DNA of 64,000 nucleotides from Mobula birostris (lineage: Eukaryota): positions 57,230,034 to 57,294,033 of the forward strand of contig NC_092372.1 in the NCBI RefSeq assembly GCF_030028105.1, read 5' to 3'. The notes beneath the pieces were generated by a model. It did no database searches. It saw only the letters and a program-made list of their open reading frames with translations, and had not been told where the DNA came from. Position numbers and translations under genes: made by a program. This document shows, piece by piece, positions 1-11,989 of this stretch; positions within the stretch are counted from its first letter, which is position 1, and the number at the start of each line of letters is the position of its first letter.

Positions 1-762
1 ATCCGGGCCCACTCCACCAGCTTTTCGAGCCCTTGTAGAATCCTCCAGCAGCCTGGGACTGATTCTGTGGTGACTGAGGTCATCCATGAATGCCCTGATA
101 GGTGGTTGCCATTGAGCAGAATTCATTCTGGGCCCTCTGCACTCTGGTTCAGCAGACTTAGTGAGCATGTTCATGGCTAGGGAGAACAGTGTCACTGAGA
201 TTGGCATCATCACAGGGTGCACTATCTCCACCTTGTGCCAGGTTGATGTAATTGCTCCTGAAGAGACCCTCATCCTGAAGTTGCTGTAATAATCAGCGAT
301 AAGGTCTCTGATTCTGCTGGGGATGTGATATTTGGCCAGTGTGAGCTGCACCAGCTTGTGCGGAATGGAGCCATATGCATTTGCCAGGTCGAGCCACAAC
401 ACTGACAGGTTGCCCTTGTTCTCTCTGGCCTCTGATGAGCTGTGTCACCACACCGATGTGCTCCACACAGCCCGGCATCCCTGAAATACCACCCTTCTGG
501 ACTGATGTATCAATATAGGTGTTCTTTGCTGGTAGGTGCACAGCCGGTTAGAAACTGCACTGAAGAAGATCTTCGCCTCGAGACACAGCAGGGAGATGAT
601 GCGAAACTGATCTATCTGGGTGGCATTTTCCTCCTTTGGGATCCACACCCCTTCAGCCACTCTCCACTGTTCTGGGATTTTGCCCCTTCTCCAAAAGGTT
701 CTCAGGATCTTCCACAGATGCAGCAGGAGTTTGGGGCAATTCTTGAAAAGCCACTTTAACAA
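1..762 (-). mobile_element. Hero-clade (R2 group) non-LTR retrotransposon, RT fragment, frameshifted; runs off the window start
   Basis: Minus-strand ORFs 445-762 and 293-541 give FKNCPKLL..LWKILR..W..AEGVWIPKEE...FRIISLL..EAKIFF and IDTSVQKGG..GMPGCVEH, then WLDLANAYGSIPHKL in a shifted frame; these are Hero RT motifs. Confidence 0.85.
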
Positions 763-1021
763 TCTCTTTACAATACTGTATTCAATATAATTGTATCTTC
801 TAATATTACCAGTGAGGTAAAAAATATAAATATCTGGATTCCATTGATTTTTTTCAATTTTAGTAAACCTTTATCATAATGATCCACATTAATTTGTGTT
901 AATGGTTATACAACAATATAGTATTTCAGGTCTCTGAAACAGAAGTAATGTAATGTTTCAAATTCCAAGTGAGCAGTGTATCCTGTACATCTAAGAGCAA
1001 ACTCAGGATACCTTCTCAATT

Positions 1022-1183
1022 AGGAAGAGGTACAGTTAATGTTTTGGGTCGAGACTGTTCATCAGGACTCGGCCTGAAACATCGACTGTACCTCTTCCTA
1101 TAGATGCTGCCTGGCCTGCTACATTCACCAGCATTTTTAATGTGTTGCTTAAATTTCCAGCAGCTGCAGATTTCCTCGTGTTA
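1022..1183. mobile_element. Penelope-like element (PLE) terminal-repeat fold-back insert with degenerate hammerhead motif
   Basis: Inverted arms 1021-1053 and 1068-1100 (28/33 match); perfect 12-bp direct repeat ACCTTCTCAATT at 1010-1021 and 1184-1195; same family as 32532-32808. Confidence 0.8.
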
Positions 1184-1864
1184 ACCTTCTCAATTGGTCG
1201 GCCTAGGCGTAAATCAATTTCTTCATACATTATGAATGGAAAAACTAGAATGACAATCACCTCAAAGCCTTGAAGATTAAAAGAGGAGCTTTGAATTAAA
1301 GCTGTATCATCACTGTTTCCCCTTTTAAAAGCAAATTACATCTTTATGAATCTGATTAGTCATATTGACTTTGAACAATTCTGCAAAACCTGCAATAATG
1401 TGTTAGCAGCCTCAATCAAATATCACATCCACTAATTTCCATTGGAGAGATGTAATATGGATTTCTAATTTGTTAGTGCCCATTTCACAACATTGCCTAA
1501 AGCCAAATTTATTCGAGTCAGCAGTTCAGGCCAGATTAGTAAAGATATCACTTACATGTTTTACATTAGAAAAGATCACCTAGTTGTAAATATCAGCAAG
1601 TATGTGAACATCTTTTACCTGGGTCGGTTGCAAGTGAACAAATGAAATTAGAAAAAAAAGAAACTAAAACCAGGACATGACCTCAACTAGCAAACGTAAT
1701 GTCACCGCCAACCGCTTACACTCTGATGGACACCATAACCATGATTTATAGAGCCCCCAGACTACAATTTCTCCTCCAATGGTACTGTAATTGCTGCTGT
1801 AGACATGATTTCTACTGTACCACAATTCATCATACTCAACATTGAGTCAATAACCATGTTTTGT

Positions 1865-2105
1865 TGAATGGTTCCCTAATATGATAAGATGGGCTCAACC
1901 TCAAAATCTATCTTGTTATTACCCTACACCTTATTGTCTAACTGTGCTGCACTCTTTGTAGCTATTGCACTTTATTCTGTTCTGTTAATGTTTTACCTCC
2001 TACTACCTCAACACACTGTGTATTGATTTGATCTATACAAAAAGTATGCAAGAAGCTATTTTCACTGTACCTTTGTACATGTGACAATAATAATAAACCA
2101 ATTCC
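1865..2105 (+). mobile_element. Old Rex1/Babar-type LINE 3' tail
   Basis: Ends in catgtgacaataataataaaccaattcc; similar to the tail at 35480-35720. Confidence 0.5.
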
Positions 2106-2339
2106 AAAGCAATTCTTGCTTATGACACTCCTCCACTAACAAAGCACCATCAGATTACAATCCCTTCAATTCCATCTATTTGTTTCCTTAAACCCAATAT
2201 GCATTCACATTTGTTTATGACATAAAGGAGGCTACTTGCCCCATCAAGTGTATACCAGCTCTTAGATCAATCGTGCCAATCCCATTCCCCCTCTTAATTC
2301 CCTGCAAACTATTTTCTCATGCAAACCTCATAACTGCCA

Positions 2340-2490
2340 GATTGTCCTCCTACCCACCTACACTAGAGACAGTTAATAATGGCCAATAAACCTAACAAAC
2401 AGATGTTTGAGATGTAGGAAGGAACTGGAGCACCTGGGAGAAACCCATATTCACAGAAGGTACATACTCCAGATAGACAGGACTGGCATT
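2340..2490 (-). mobile_element. V-SINE fragment
   Basis: Reverse complement of the V-domain (gggtttctcccaggtgctccagttccttcctacatctc). Confidence 0.6.
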
Positions 2491-3499
2491 CAGAATGGAA
2501 TTTCCCCATCTCACAAAGTAATCCCTCCACCAATTGTAATAAACTGTCCCATTTATCAATACACATCCAGCAAATTTCCTATTGGAATTGTGTAAAAGCA
2601 GCCATACACGTAAAAAGGCATTAGAGAACCATTTTTTTAAACAAGGTTACACTCCTCAGTAAACCATCAACATCACAAAAAGACCAGGCAATAGCCCTTC
2701 TGCAGGCTGAACAACTACCATGCACACTTTTTTCAAGTTTCAGGTAAGGGGAGTTCAGGCATGGAAAGGTTTTTATAGATCTGAGTCTGCGCAGAGAAAT
2801 GGCCTCAGTGAAAGTAATTTGTGTTAAAGGTGAAAGCCTACACCTCTGAGAGTGCAGTAGTTCTGTCAGTCTGGATTGGACATACATTTGCTTCTTCCCT
2901 GGAATGTACCTCCTGGCTCTGAATCCAGTGCATCCAGATAAGCTGTAGTTGACACAGACTAGAAAGCACGTGTAGGAACTTTGCTATGGTGTTTCAGAAT
3001 TGTTGCAAAATGATAGCATAAGTGCTGAGGACCTGCAAAGTATTTTCCTGGCTTCCAACAACATCTTCATGAGTGACACCAAACCATAGAATTTATACCA
3101 CTGCATAAAATGCCCTTTTCTTTTAACAAGTTGATCGTCATTCTATGGATGTAATCAGCAGTGAACATACCACTAACTAATACAGTGGGATCATGAAATT
3201 TCTTTCTGTAAAGCTCTTTAGTGTGGAGATTATTATTCCTACAGTCACCTGTTACCCTATTGCCAAGCTCTTATAGATGTGGTCCTAGTGTGTCTCCTGG
3301 GCTTCTAGCTGCCGGGATATTTCTCATGACATGAAAGTCATTGTCCGACATGCTCCTTTGAGTTACTATTGGAGCAGTTTCAATCTCCCTTATAGTCTCT
3401 CTCTTCCATGCCTGTTGCTGCCTGGGACTGTACCTTTAGGAGCAGACATCCTGCTTGTGCAATAGAAGTGTGAGAGAGAAGCAAGATTATGTGAAATCC

Positions 3500-3870
3500 T
3501 CTCAAGAAACAAGTCTAGACTCAATACCTCCTTGTACAACTGGATCCTCTATTTCCTCACTTGCAGGCCCCTGTCAGTTTGGATTGGCACCACTGCCACT
3601 GGCTGACAGTGACAATTCAACATTTAGCAGGGAGGGTCAACATCTGGCCGAATGGTGCCACAACAACAACCTCTCACTCAATTTCAGCAAAATCAAAGAG
3701 CTCATTATTGACAACAGGAGAAGGAAAGCTGAGAGCCATGAGCTAATACTCATCAGGGGAGGAGGCATTCAGAAATTTCAAATTCTTTGGCATTATCATT
3801 TCAGAGGGTCTGTCCTGGGTCCAGCATGTAAGTGCCTTTACAAAGAAAGCACGGTAGCACCTTTATCTTA
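3500..3870 (+). mobile_element. Rex1/Babar RT fragment, internally deleted
   Basis: EWCHNNNLSLNFSKIKELIID motif in ORF 3455-3871. Confidence 0.7.
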
Positions 3871-4018
3871 GAAATATTAAGATTGTTGCACCTTTCTTTG
3901 TTTAATATTCTGCCCTTATCTAGTCTAAAGTTCATGTTCATATCTTTTGAAAATAGTTCTACAATTTGGATTAATTGCATTAGATTCACTGAATAATAAC
4001 AATAATGGTAATAATAAT

Positions 4019-4887
4019 GCCAAGAGAAACCAGAAATGATCCAATGCATTACATACTTGTTGAAAGACAACACAAATATGTTGAATCAAAAGAGGAGATT
4101 AGGCTATGAAACCCTAAGACATAGGAGCAGAATTCAGCTATTTGGCCCATCAAGTTGCTCTGCCATTCAATCATGGCTGAACCTTTTCATCCCCCTCCTC
4201 AGCCCCACTCCCCAACCTTGTCCCTGTAACCTGAGATGCCAATGGCCAATCAAGAGCCTATCAATCTCCACCCTAAATACACCCAATGACCTGGCCTCCA
4301 CAGCTGGCTGTAGTAACAAATCCTACAAATTCACTATCCTCTGGCTAAAGAAATTTCTCTGCATCTCTGCCTTAATTGCCCCTCTATGCAGAGGCTGTGC
4401 CCTTTTGTCTTAGACTCACTGACCATGGGAAACCTCTTTTTCCCCATCTACTCTGTCTAGGCCTTTCAACATTCGAAAGCTTTCAATGAGATCCCCTGCC
4501 ATCCTTCTAACTTCCAGCAAGTACAAGCCCAAAGCCATCAAATGTTCCCTTTCATTCTTGGAATCCTTGTGAGCCTCCTCTGGACCCTCTCCAATGCCAG
4601 CACATCTTTTCTTAGATAAGGAGCTCAAAACTGTTCACAATATTCAAATTGAAAGACTGTGGAACATGAGCAGAATATTGTCTCATTGGTAGTATCTACA
4701 ACTGGTACCATCCCAAAGTCACTACACAATAGCATTAAACAATTATGCCTACATAGCACTGTTTATAAACATCTTCAGAAAGCCACAATACTAAACACTA
4801 CTAGAATAGTCTGAAAGTTCCTAGCAATTGAGGAATGAGTGTGCTTGGTTATATCCATATCTCAGATCTTACCCCCTTGAGCTGAGA
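4019..4887 (+). mobile_element. R4/Dong non-LTR element, 3' portion (CCHC remnant plus REL endonuclease end), interrupted by a CR1
   Basis: CQEKPEMIQCIT (zinc-knuckle remnant), KYVESKEEI / IERLWNM, IVSLVVSTTGTIPKSLHNSIKQL...LQKATILNTTRIV*KFL; flanked by degenerate (TAA)n at 3992-4018 and 4888-4908. Confidence 0.8.
4105..4647 (-). mobile_element. CR1 LINE 3' fragment
   Basis: EHLMALGLYLLEVRRMAGDLIESFRMLKGLDRVD in ORF 4416-4628, plus CR1 3' tail. Confidence 0.9.
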
Positions 4888-4919
4888 AATAATAGTAATA
4901 ACAACAATATTATTATAAA

Positions 4920-5850
4920 GAAAGACACACATGAAATAGTCACTGAAAGTAAATATATTCATAATGTGTGTATATTATTGAGTAACAGAGCTTGAGACTG
5001 TTATTACAGTGTACAGGGAAAAACTTCAACAGTTTAAATCACAACAAAACTTCACACAACTAAATGCATAGTGAATAGCAGACAAAGGTGAAGTGATAAC
5101 AAAGAAGTAACGTAATCCCTATAGACATGTTAAACCAAATAAAACATGAAGTTGCGCAAGACCTGGAAAGAAACCAACCTAAAGACCACAACAGTGGTAT
5201 ATAAGAAATAATGAAGATGCCACCCCCCAAAGTGCTGATGAAAATAGAATTACTTCATCAACTGCTCCATAACTTGATGGTAATAGCAACAACACAGATA
5301 AAGAGCCAGCATAGATGCTAATGATGAAGCTAAGCTTACAGACAAAATTATCCTAACATTTAACATCTCACTAACAGAATATATGGCCACTGACCCAACA
5401 AAATGACCCTACAAACCCAAAAAAATACATATCATTAAAATTTGCAAAAAATGTTAATACTCACAACAATTCTATATTACTACAATATTTAGGAAAACCT
5501 GAAACATTTGAAGAGCTACATACAATAACATACTGCGTAGTATTAACAACAGAGCAGTGCACTGTCTCCAAATTAGAGGTAGTCATTAATAGAAACCCAA
5601 AACTGAGTAAGGAAAAAAGAACACTGAAATGGCAGGAGAGATTAAGAAACAAAATTGAAACCTTAAATGCAGAAATAGCCTACCTAATGCAGTATAGGAT
5701 GAATAACCTGAGCAAGAAAGTTAAGAGAGAAGCTAAGGAAAAGCGAACGAAATATAAGTTCCATTCAAGAGATGATCAACCTAACAAAAGAATTGTAGCA
5801 TTTATAGATACACTAAAACAAAAGCTTGGGGCATACAAAGCAATACAGAT
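4920..5850 (+). mobile_element. R4/Dong non-LTR element, N-terminal ORF region, decayed
   Basis: MK*SLKVNIFIMCVYY*VTELETVITVYREKL, IADK, EYMATDPTK*PY.PK, LHTITYC, KWQERLRNKIETLNAEIAYLMQY, IDTLKQKLGAY; these match R4-clade N-terminal motifs. Confidence 0.75.
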
Positions 5851-6814
5851 GTACCTAATTAAATGGCCACTGAGAGTATATTGTACATTATATTATATTG
5901 TATATTATGTGATATATTGAGTAGGTCTGTATTTTTTAGCAGCTGTGATTTTGCCTGAAAATTCAATTTGCCTATCAGTGTATTTTTTAGCAAAGTGTAG
6001 CTAGAAAATTGATCTTCAGTGAAATAAAATGTAAATTAATCATTTTTCAGGTCACTTGAGATAGTCAACCAGATATTTCCTGGCATCAATCACCCTTGTG
6101 CTAAGATGCAGCTTCTGTCACTGGGCACTCTGGGAACATGCAAATTGCTTACCTTTACATATTGCCACCATGTTTCCCTTCTCTGCACTAAAAACCTCAC
6201 TGATTTCCTTTCTGCATGCCCTTACCAGCATACCCTGATCTTCTCTTTCCCTTGTGACCACCCATAGACTGCTTCTAATTTCCCAACTCTACTCATCTGA
6301 TTGTCACATTTTCCCTTCAATCTGTAATTTGATCTCTCCAACAACAACCACATGTATTTGAAGCCACTTTGCCAGAGCATTCTCAGAAACTTTGACACCA
6401 AAACACTCATTGCAAGATATTGGGAAAAGCATTAAGTTGCAAACAGCCATCTGAAGGAAGACAAAGACAAGAGTGGTCGAGGGACAGAATTAGATTGTGG
6501 AAAATTTGGAAGCAAGCAGAGTAGTGTGCAATGTTGATTTGATGCTAACTCATACAATCTAGAACTCAGCACTCCAGTAAATGCCATTGCTTAATTACAT
6601 GCAACTAACTGAACCTCAATTAATCAGCAGGAAAGAACTCTTATCTGCGTTATTTAACTATTACATCAAATCCTTACAGGGTAGCTACTGTTTGACTTCT
6701 CCAACTGTTGCTGTGATTGTACAGCTATTCAGTGGTTTCTAACATTAAATGAGGCATGGAACAAAAGAGGAGGAAGAAGAAAAGGAAGATGAGGAAGAGT
6801 GAAGGTTGCGCACA

Positions 6815-9630
6815 TATAGAATCATAGAGTCAAAGTGTCACAGGAAAGCACAGCACAGAAGCAGGCCCTGTCTGTGCTGAACCATTTAAAGTGCCTACCT
6901 CTATCGACATGCATCTGGACCAAATTCCTCCATACCCCTGCTGTTTATATATCTATTGAAACTTCTCTTAAACTTTGAAATCGAGCTTGCATGCACCACT
7001 TGTGCTGGCAGCTCGCTCCACACTTTCACAGCCCTCTGAGCGAAGAAAATTCCTCTCATATTCCCTTGAACTTTTCACCTTCGCACTTACCCTGTGTCTA
7101 CCCCTCCTAATTTTATATACCTCTATCAAATCTCCTCTCAAAGGAATAAAGTCCTAACCTATTCAATCTTTCCTTATAGCTCAGGTCCTCTAGACCCAGC
7201 AACACCCTTGCAACTTGACTCCATACTCTTTCAACCTTATTTATATCTTTCCTGTGGGTTGGTGGCCAAAACTGCATACATTACAGCAAATTAGGCCTCA
7301 CCAACATCTTATACAACTTCAACATAACATCCCATCTCCTGTACTCTGTACTTTGATTTATGAAGGCCAATGTGTCAAAAGCTTTATTTATGACCTGTCT
7401 ACCTGTGCTGCCACTTTCAATGAATTACAGCTCTGTATTCCCAGATCCCTTTGTTCTACCACAATTGTTAGTGCCCTACCATTCACGGTGTAAGACCTAC
7501 CCTGGTTGGTCCTACTGAACTGCAGCACCTCCATCTGCCATTTTGCAGCCCATTTTTCCAGCTGATCCAGGTCCCGCTGCTATCTCTAATAGTCTTCTTC
7601 GCTGTCCACTAAACCCCAATCTTGGTGCCATCTGCAAACTTGCTGATCTAGTTAACCACATTATCATCCAGATCATGGATATAGATGACAAACAACAATG
7701 AACCAAGTACTGATCCCTGTGGAACTCCACAAGTCACAGGTCTCCAGTCAGAGAAGCAACCTTCTACTACTTCTGTCTGGCTTCTCCCACAAAGCTATAC
7801 CTTATCCAATTTACTACTTCACCTTGTATGCCAAGCAACTGAACCTTCTTAACCAACTACCCATGTGGGACCTTGTCAAATGTCTACCTAAAATCCATGT
7901 AGACAATATCCACTGCCTTGCCTTCATCAACTTTCCTGGTAACTTCCTCAAAAGCATTCTATAAGAATGGTTGGACACAATGTACCATGCAGAAAGCCAT
8001 GCTGACTGTCCCTAATTAGTCTATGTCCATCCAGATACTGATATATCTGGCCCTGAGAATTCCTTCCAATAACTTTCCCACTACTGATATCAGGTTCACT
8101 CACCTATAATTTCCTGGTTGATTTTTAGAATCTTTCTTAAACAGCAGAACAACATTAGCTATCCTCCAATTACTCAGGTCCTCAACTGTCACTAAGAATG
8201 ATTTAAATATCTCCGCTAGTGCCCCTGCAGTTTCTACACTTGCCTCCCATTGAGTCCAAGGGAACACCTTGTCAGGCCCTGGGGATTTATACACTGTAAT
8301 ATACCTTAAGACAGCAGACACCTCCTCCTCTGTAATTTCTATAGGCTCCATGACCTCGTTGCTGCTTTGCCTCACTTCTATAATCTCTGTGTCTTCCTGA
8401 GTAAATACAGATGCAAAATATCCATTTAAAATCTCCTCCATCTCTTTTGGCTCCATGCTTAGATCATAATTCTGATCTTCCAGAGAAGCAATTTTGTCCC
8501 TTGCAATCCTTTAACTCTTAATGTATTTGTTGAATCTCTTAGGATTCTCTTTCACCTTGTCGGCTAGAGCAACCTCATGTCTTCTTTTAGTCCTCCTGAT
8601 TCCATTCTTACCAAGTACACCTTTGCCAGAAAACATCCTGTTCTAATCCACACTTGCCAGGTCATTTCTGCTACCATCAGAATTGGCCTTTCTCCAAATT
8701 AGAATTTCAATTTTAGAATTGTGGACCAAAACCTATCTTTTTGCATGTTTACTTTGAAACTAATGGCATTATGTTCACTAAATGCAAAGTATTCCTCTAC
8801 ACAAACTTTTGTCATCTGCCCTGTCTCATTCCCTAACAGCATTTCAAGTATGGCACACTCTCTCAATGATCCTTCTATGTACTGAATACGGAAACTTACC
8901 TGATCACATTTGACAAACTCTATCCCATCTAGTCCTTTTACAGTAAGAAAGTCCCAGTATATATATGGAAAGTTAAAATCTCCTGCTATCACAATGTTAT
9001 GTTTCTTGCAACAGTCTGCAATTCCTCTACAACTTTCTTCCTCTAAGTCTTGTGGACTGTTGGATGGTATATAATATAGCCCCATTAACAGGGCTATACC
9101 TTCTTGGCCCAGATCGTCGTCTGTTTACTCTTTTCCATAGGTGCTGCCTGACCTACTGAGTTCCTCCAGCATTTTGTGTGTTGCTTGAATTTCCAGCATC
9201 TTCAGGTTTTCTCATGTTTGTGATACCTTTCTTATTCCTCAGATCCACCCATAAAGCCTCAATAGATGAGTTCTCCTGTCTGTCAGTCCTGCCCCTCCTG
9301 CAATCAAGTCTTACTAATGGTTACAATATCATAATTCCATGTGTTGATCCATGTGCTGAGCTCATCTGTCACTCTTTTCAACAATACTTCTTTTATTTAA
9401 ATATATGCAGGTCAGAACTTCAGTCACGGCATGCTCAACCTGTTGATTCTGGACTTTGTCTGAGGTCTTAAAAACATCTGTCTCCACAACCTGTCCACTA
9501 TCTGTTCTGGCACTCTGGTTTCCATCTAATTTCAATCTCACCTCACCCCCCATACAGCACTAGCAAGCCTTCCTGCTGGGAAATTAGTCTCTCTGCAGTT
9601 CAGATGCAAACCATATTTTTTGCACAGGTC
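6815..9630 (-). mobile_element. CR1 LINE ORF2 (APE and RT), decayed with internal deletions
   Basis: IAGDFNFPYI.W (APE), EILNGYFASVFT, KSPGPD, WRIANVVLLFKK..PGNYR; 3' tail near 6815. Confidence 0.9.
9104..9220 (+). mobile_element. PLE terminal-repeat fragment inserted in CR1
   Basis: gctgcctgacctactgagttcctccagcattttgtgtg family sequence; flanked by atacctt direct repeats. Confidence 0.7.
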
Positions 9631-10179
9631 ATAGGAAAGAACAGGCAGAAGAAAGCTGCTATGCTGCAATATTTGAAAATTGCAGCATGACAACTTCAGG
9701 AAGCTGCACAACTGGGATCCCTCAAAGATACAGTTCTACTCAAAAACAAAGTTGAGTTATCAACATAGAGATTGAAAAAAAGGCCAAAACTGGAGGAAAA
9801 AAACAGGGACAGACAATGGAGATTTGCAGGGATGGGGAAGAGTACAGCAATGAGGAAGGGAGAAGCTGTTCTAGAATTAGAAAAGAAGAAAAAATAAATT
9901 TCAAAACTGAGATCTCTCTCGACCAGGCACCAATATAGTTTAGTGAAAGATGGGTGAACAGGATTATGTAGTAAGAAAATATATGGAAAAGAACTTAAAA
10001 TAGCAGAAATGTCTTAAAAATGTTTGTGTCACTAATGTTCTTCAAGAGAGTAGATCTTCCACCCTTACCTGTCCTGGTTATTTGGAATATCCCTACTAAA
10101 TGTATATCCCTACTAAATAAAGTGGTAGGGATAAGTATATTACACATTTGAAAGTTATCCAGACATTTACATGGACAGG

Positions 10180-10258
10180 CAGGGGTTCCTAACCAGGGGT
10201 CCATGGACCATCAGTTAATTGTAGAGGTCTAAGCATAAAGAAAGGTTAGTAACCCCTG
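10180..10258. mobile_element. hAT/Charlie-type MITE (79 bp) inside a CR1 tail
   Basis: TIRs caggggttcctaacc / ggttagtaacccctg; no clear 8-bp TSD. Confidence 0.55.
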
Positions 10259-11989
10259 GTTTAGAAGGATATGGACCAAATGCAAATAAATGGAACTACC
10301 TGGCAAATTGGTCAACAATAATGAGTTTGTCTGAAGAGTTTTTTTTCATGCTGCATTACTCTATGATGCCGTAAACTCTGAACATGCCCAGGAAGCCATT
10401 CAGTTTAAGGTGAATAAAGATGGGCAGATGATCTTATTGGTGATACCTGGATCTGGAAAAATGATAGTGCAAAGTGGAAGTCTGACCGGAAATATGATGC
10501 TATGACATGCCTTAAGAGTATATAGGAATGGATGTGGGCCTCAGCAGCAGATGAGCTGAACCAAAGGTATAGTGGGAGGTATGCAGATGGAGGCAAGTGA
10601 TGATATCATCAACATGCAGAGGGAAGTCTATCTTGAGGCCAAGTACATCACCCAAATTGTATTCCTATGTGGAGGTATTCTAGGAATCACTTATGGGATT
10701 CTGTATAGGTTTGTTACACTTAGACAGGGAAAGGATTATCGACAAGATTGGTGGAACATTTAGTGAAGAGGAAGAAAGAAGCATACTTAAGGTTTTGGTA
10801 GCAAAGCTCAGACAGGGCTCTTGAAAGCTAAGATAATTAGGAAAGAGATTAAGAAGGGACATAGGAGAGTGAGAAGGGGATTTAAGAAGGCCTTGATGTT
10901 TACAATTAAGGATAACACCAAGGCACTCTCCATGTAAGTGTAGACCCCCTGGCCACCCTCAGGGTCGCTCGACTTGCTGTCATCTAGGAACAGAACAGAA
11001 GTAGACTAAAGTGAGAATAAGACTGATAAAGCAGGAAATCTGTGCATGGAGGCAGAGGAAGTAGGGGAGACCCTTGATGAATGCTTTGCTTCAATATTCA
11101 CCAGTGAGAGACACCTTGATGAATGTGAGTTCGATGTAGAACAAACAATGTGCTGATGTATGCTGAGTTTAAGAGAGAGGCAGTGTTGGAGCTTCTGAAA
11201 AACATTAGGATAGATAAATCCTTTGGGCCAGACAGGATAAAGCCAGATTACTGTGAGAAGTGAGTAAAGACAGTGTTGGGGTGTTGTTGATGATCTTTGC
11301 ATCCTCCCTTGTCTGAGGAGTAGCACCAGAGGATTTGAGGATGTCAAATATTGTATAAAATAGGTTATAGAGGTAATCCTGAGCATTATAGACCAATGAG
11401 TCTTATCTCACTTATTAGCAAACTAATGGAAAGGATTCTTAGGGACAATCGTTAACAGTGGAATTTCTGAATATTTGGACAGGCATAGACTTATTAGGGC
11501 TAGTCAGCATGGTTTTGTGAGGAGAAGCTCATGCCTCATAAGTCTGATTGAGATTTTTGAGCAGGTGACAAAGAAAATTGATGAAGGTAGATTGATGAAT
11601 ATGGGTATATGAATTTTACTAAGGTGTTTCACAAGGTTTCCTAAGGAGGACTCATTGAGAAAGTCAGGAGTTATACGATCCAAGGAAAATTGACTGCATG
11701 GATTCTGAATTGGCTTCCGCACAAAAAACAGAGGGCTGCAGAAGATGGAAAGTATTCTGGAGGCAAGTGATTAGTACTGTTCCACAGAGATCTATTCTGG
11801 GATCCCTGCTGTTTGTGTTTTTCATAAAAGACTTGATAACGAGAAAATTGAAGAGTAGGTTATTAGGTTTGCAGATGATATGAAATTTGATGATTTGGAG
11901 ATGAAAAGTCTCCACCCAGTCTGAGGAGGGAACCTTGCAAATCAATACTTTGTAGCCATGTATTCAGAGCCTGAAAAACAGTCAAACCA

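Noticed and set aside
2646-2743. Plus-strand exon candidate (VTLLSKPSTSQKDQAIALLQAEQLPCTLFSSF, AG|gtaagg)
   Set aside because: Good donor but a poor AAG acceptor, no homology recognised and no compatible partner exon.
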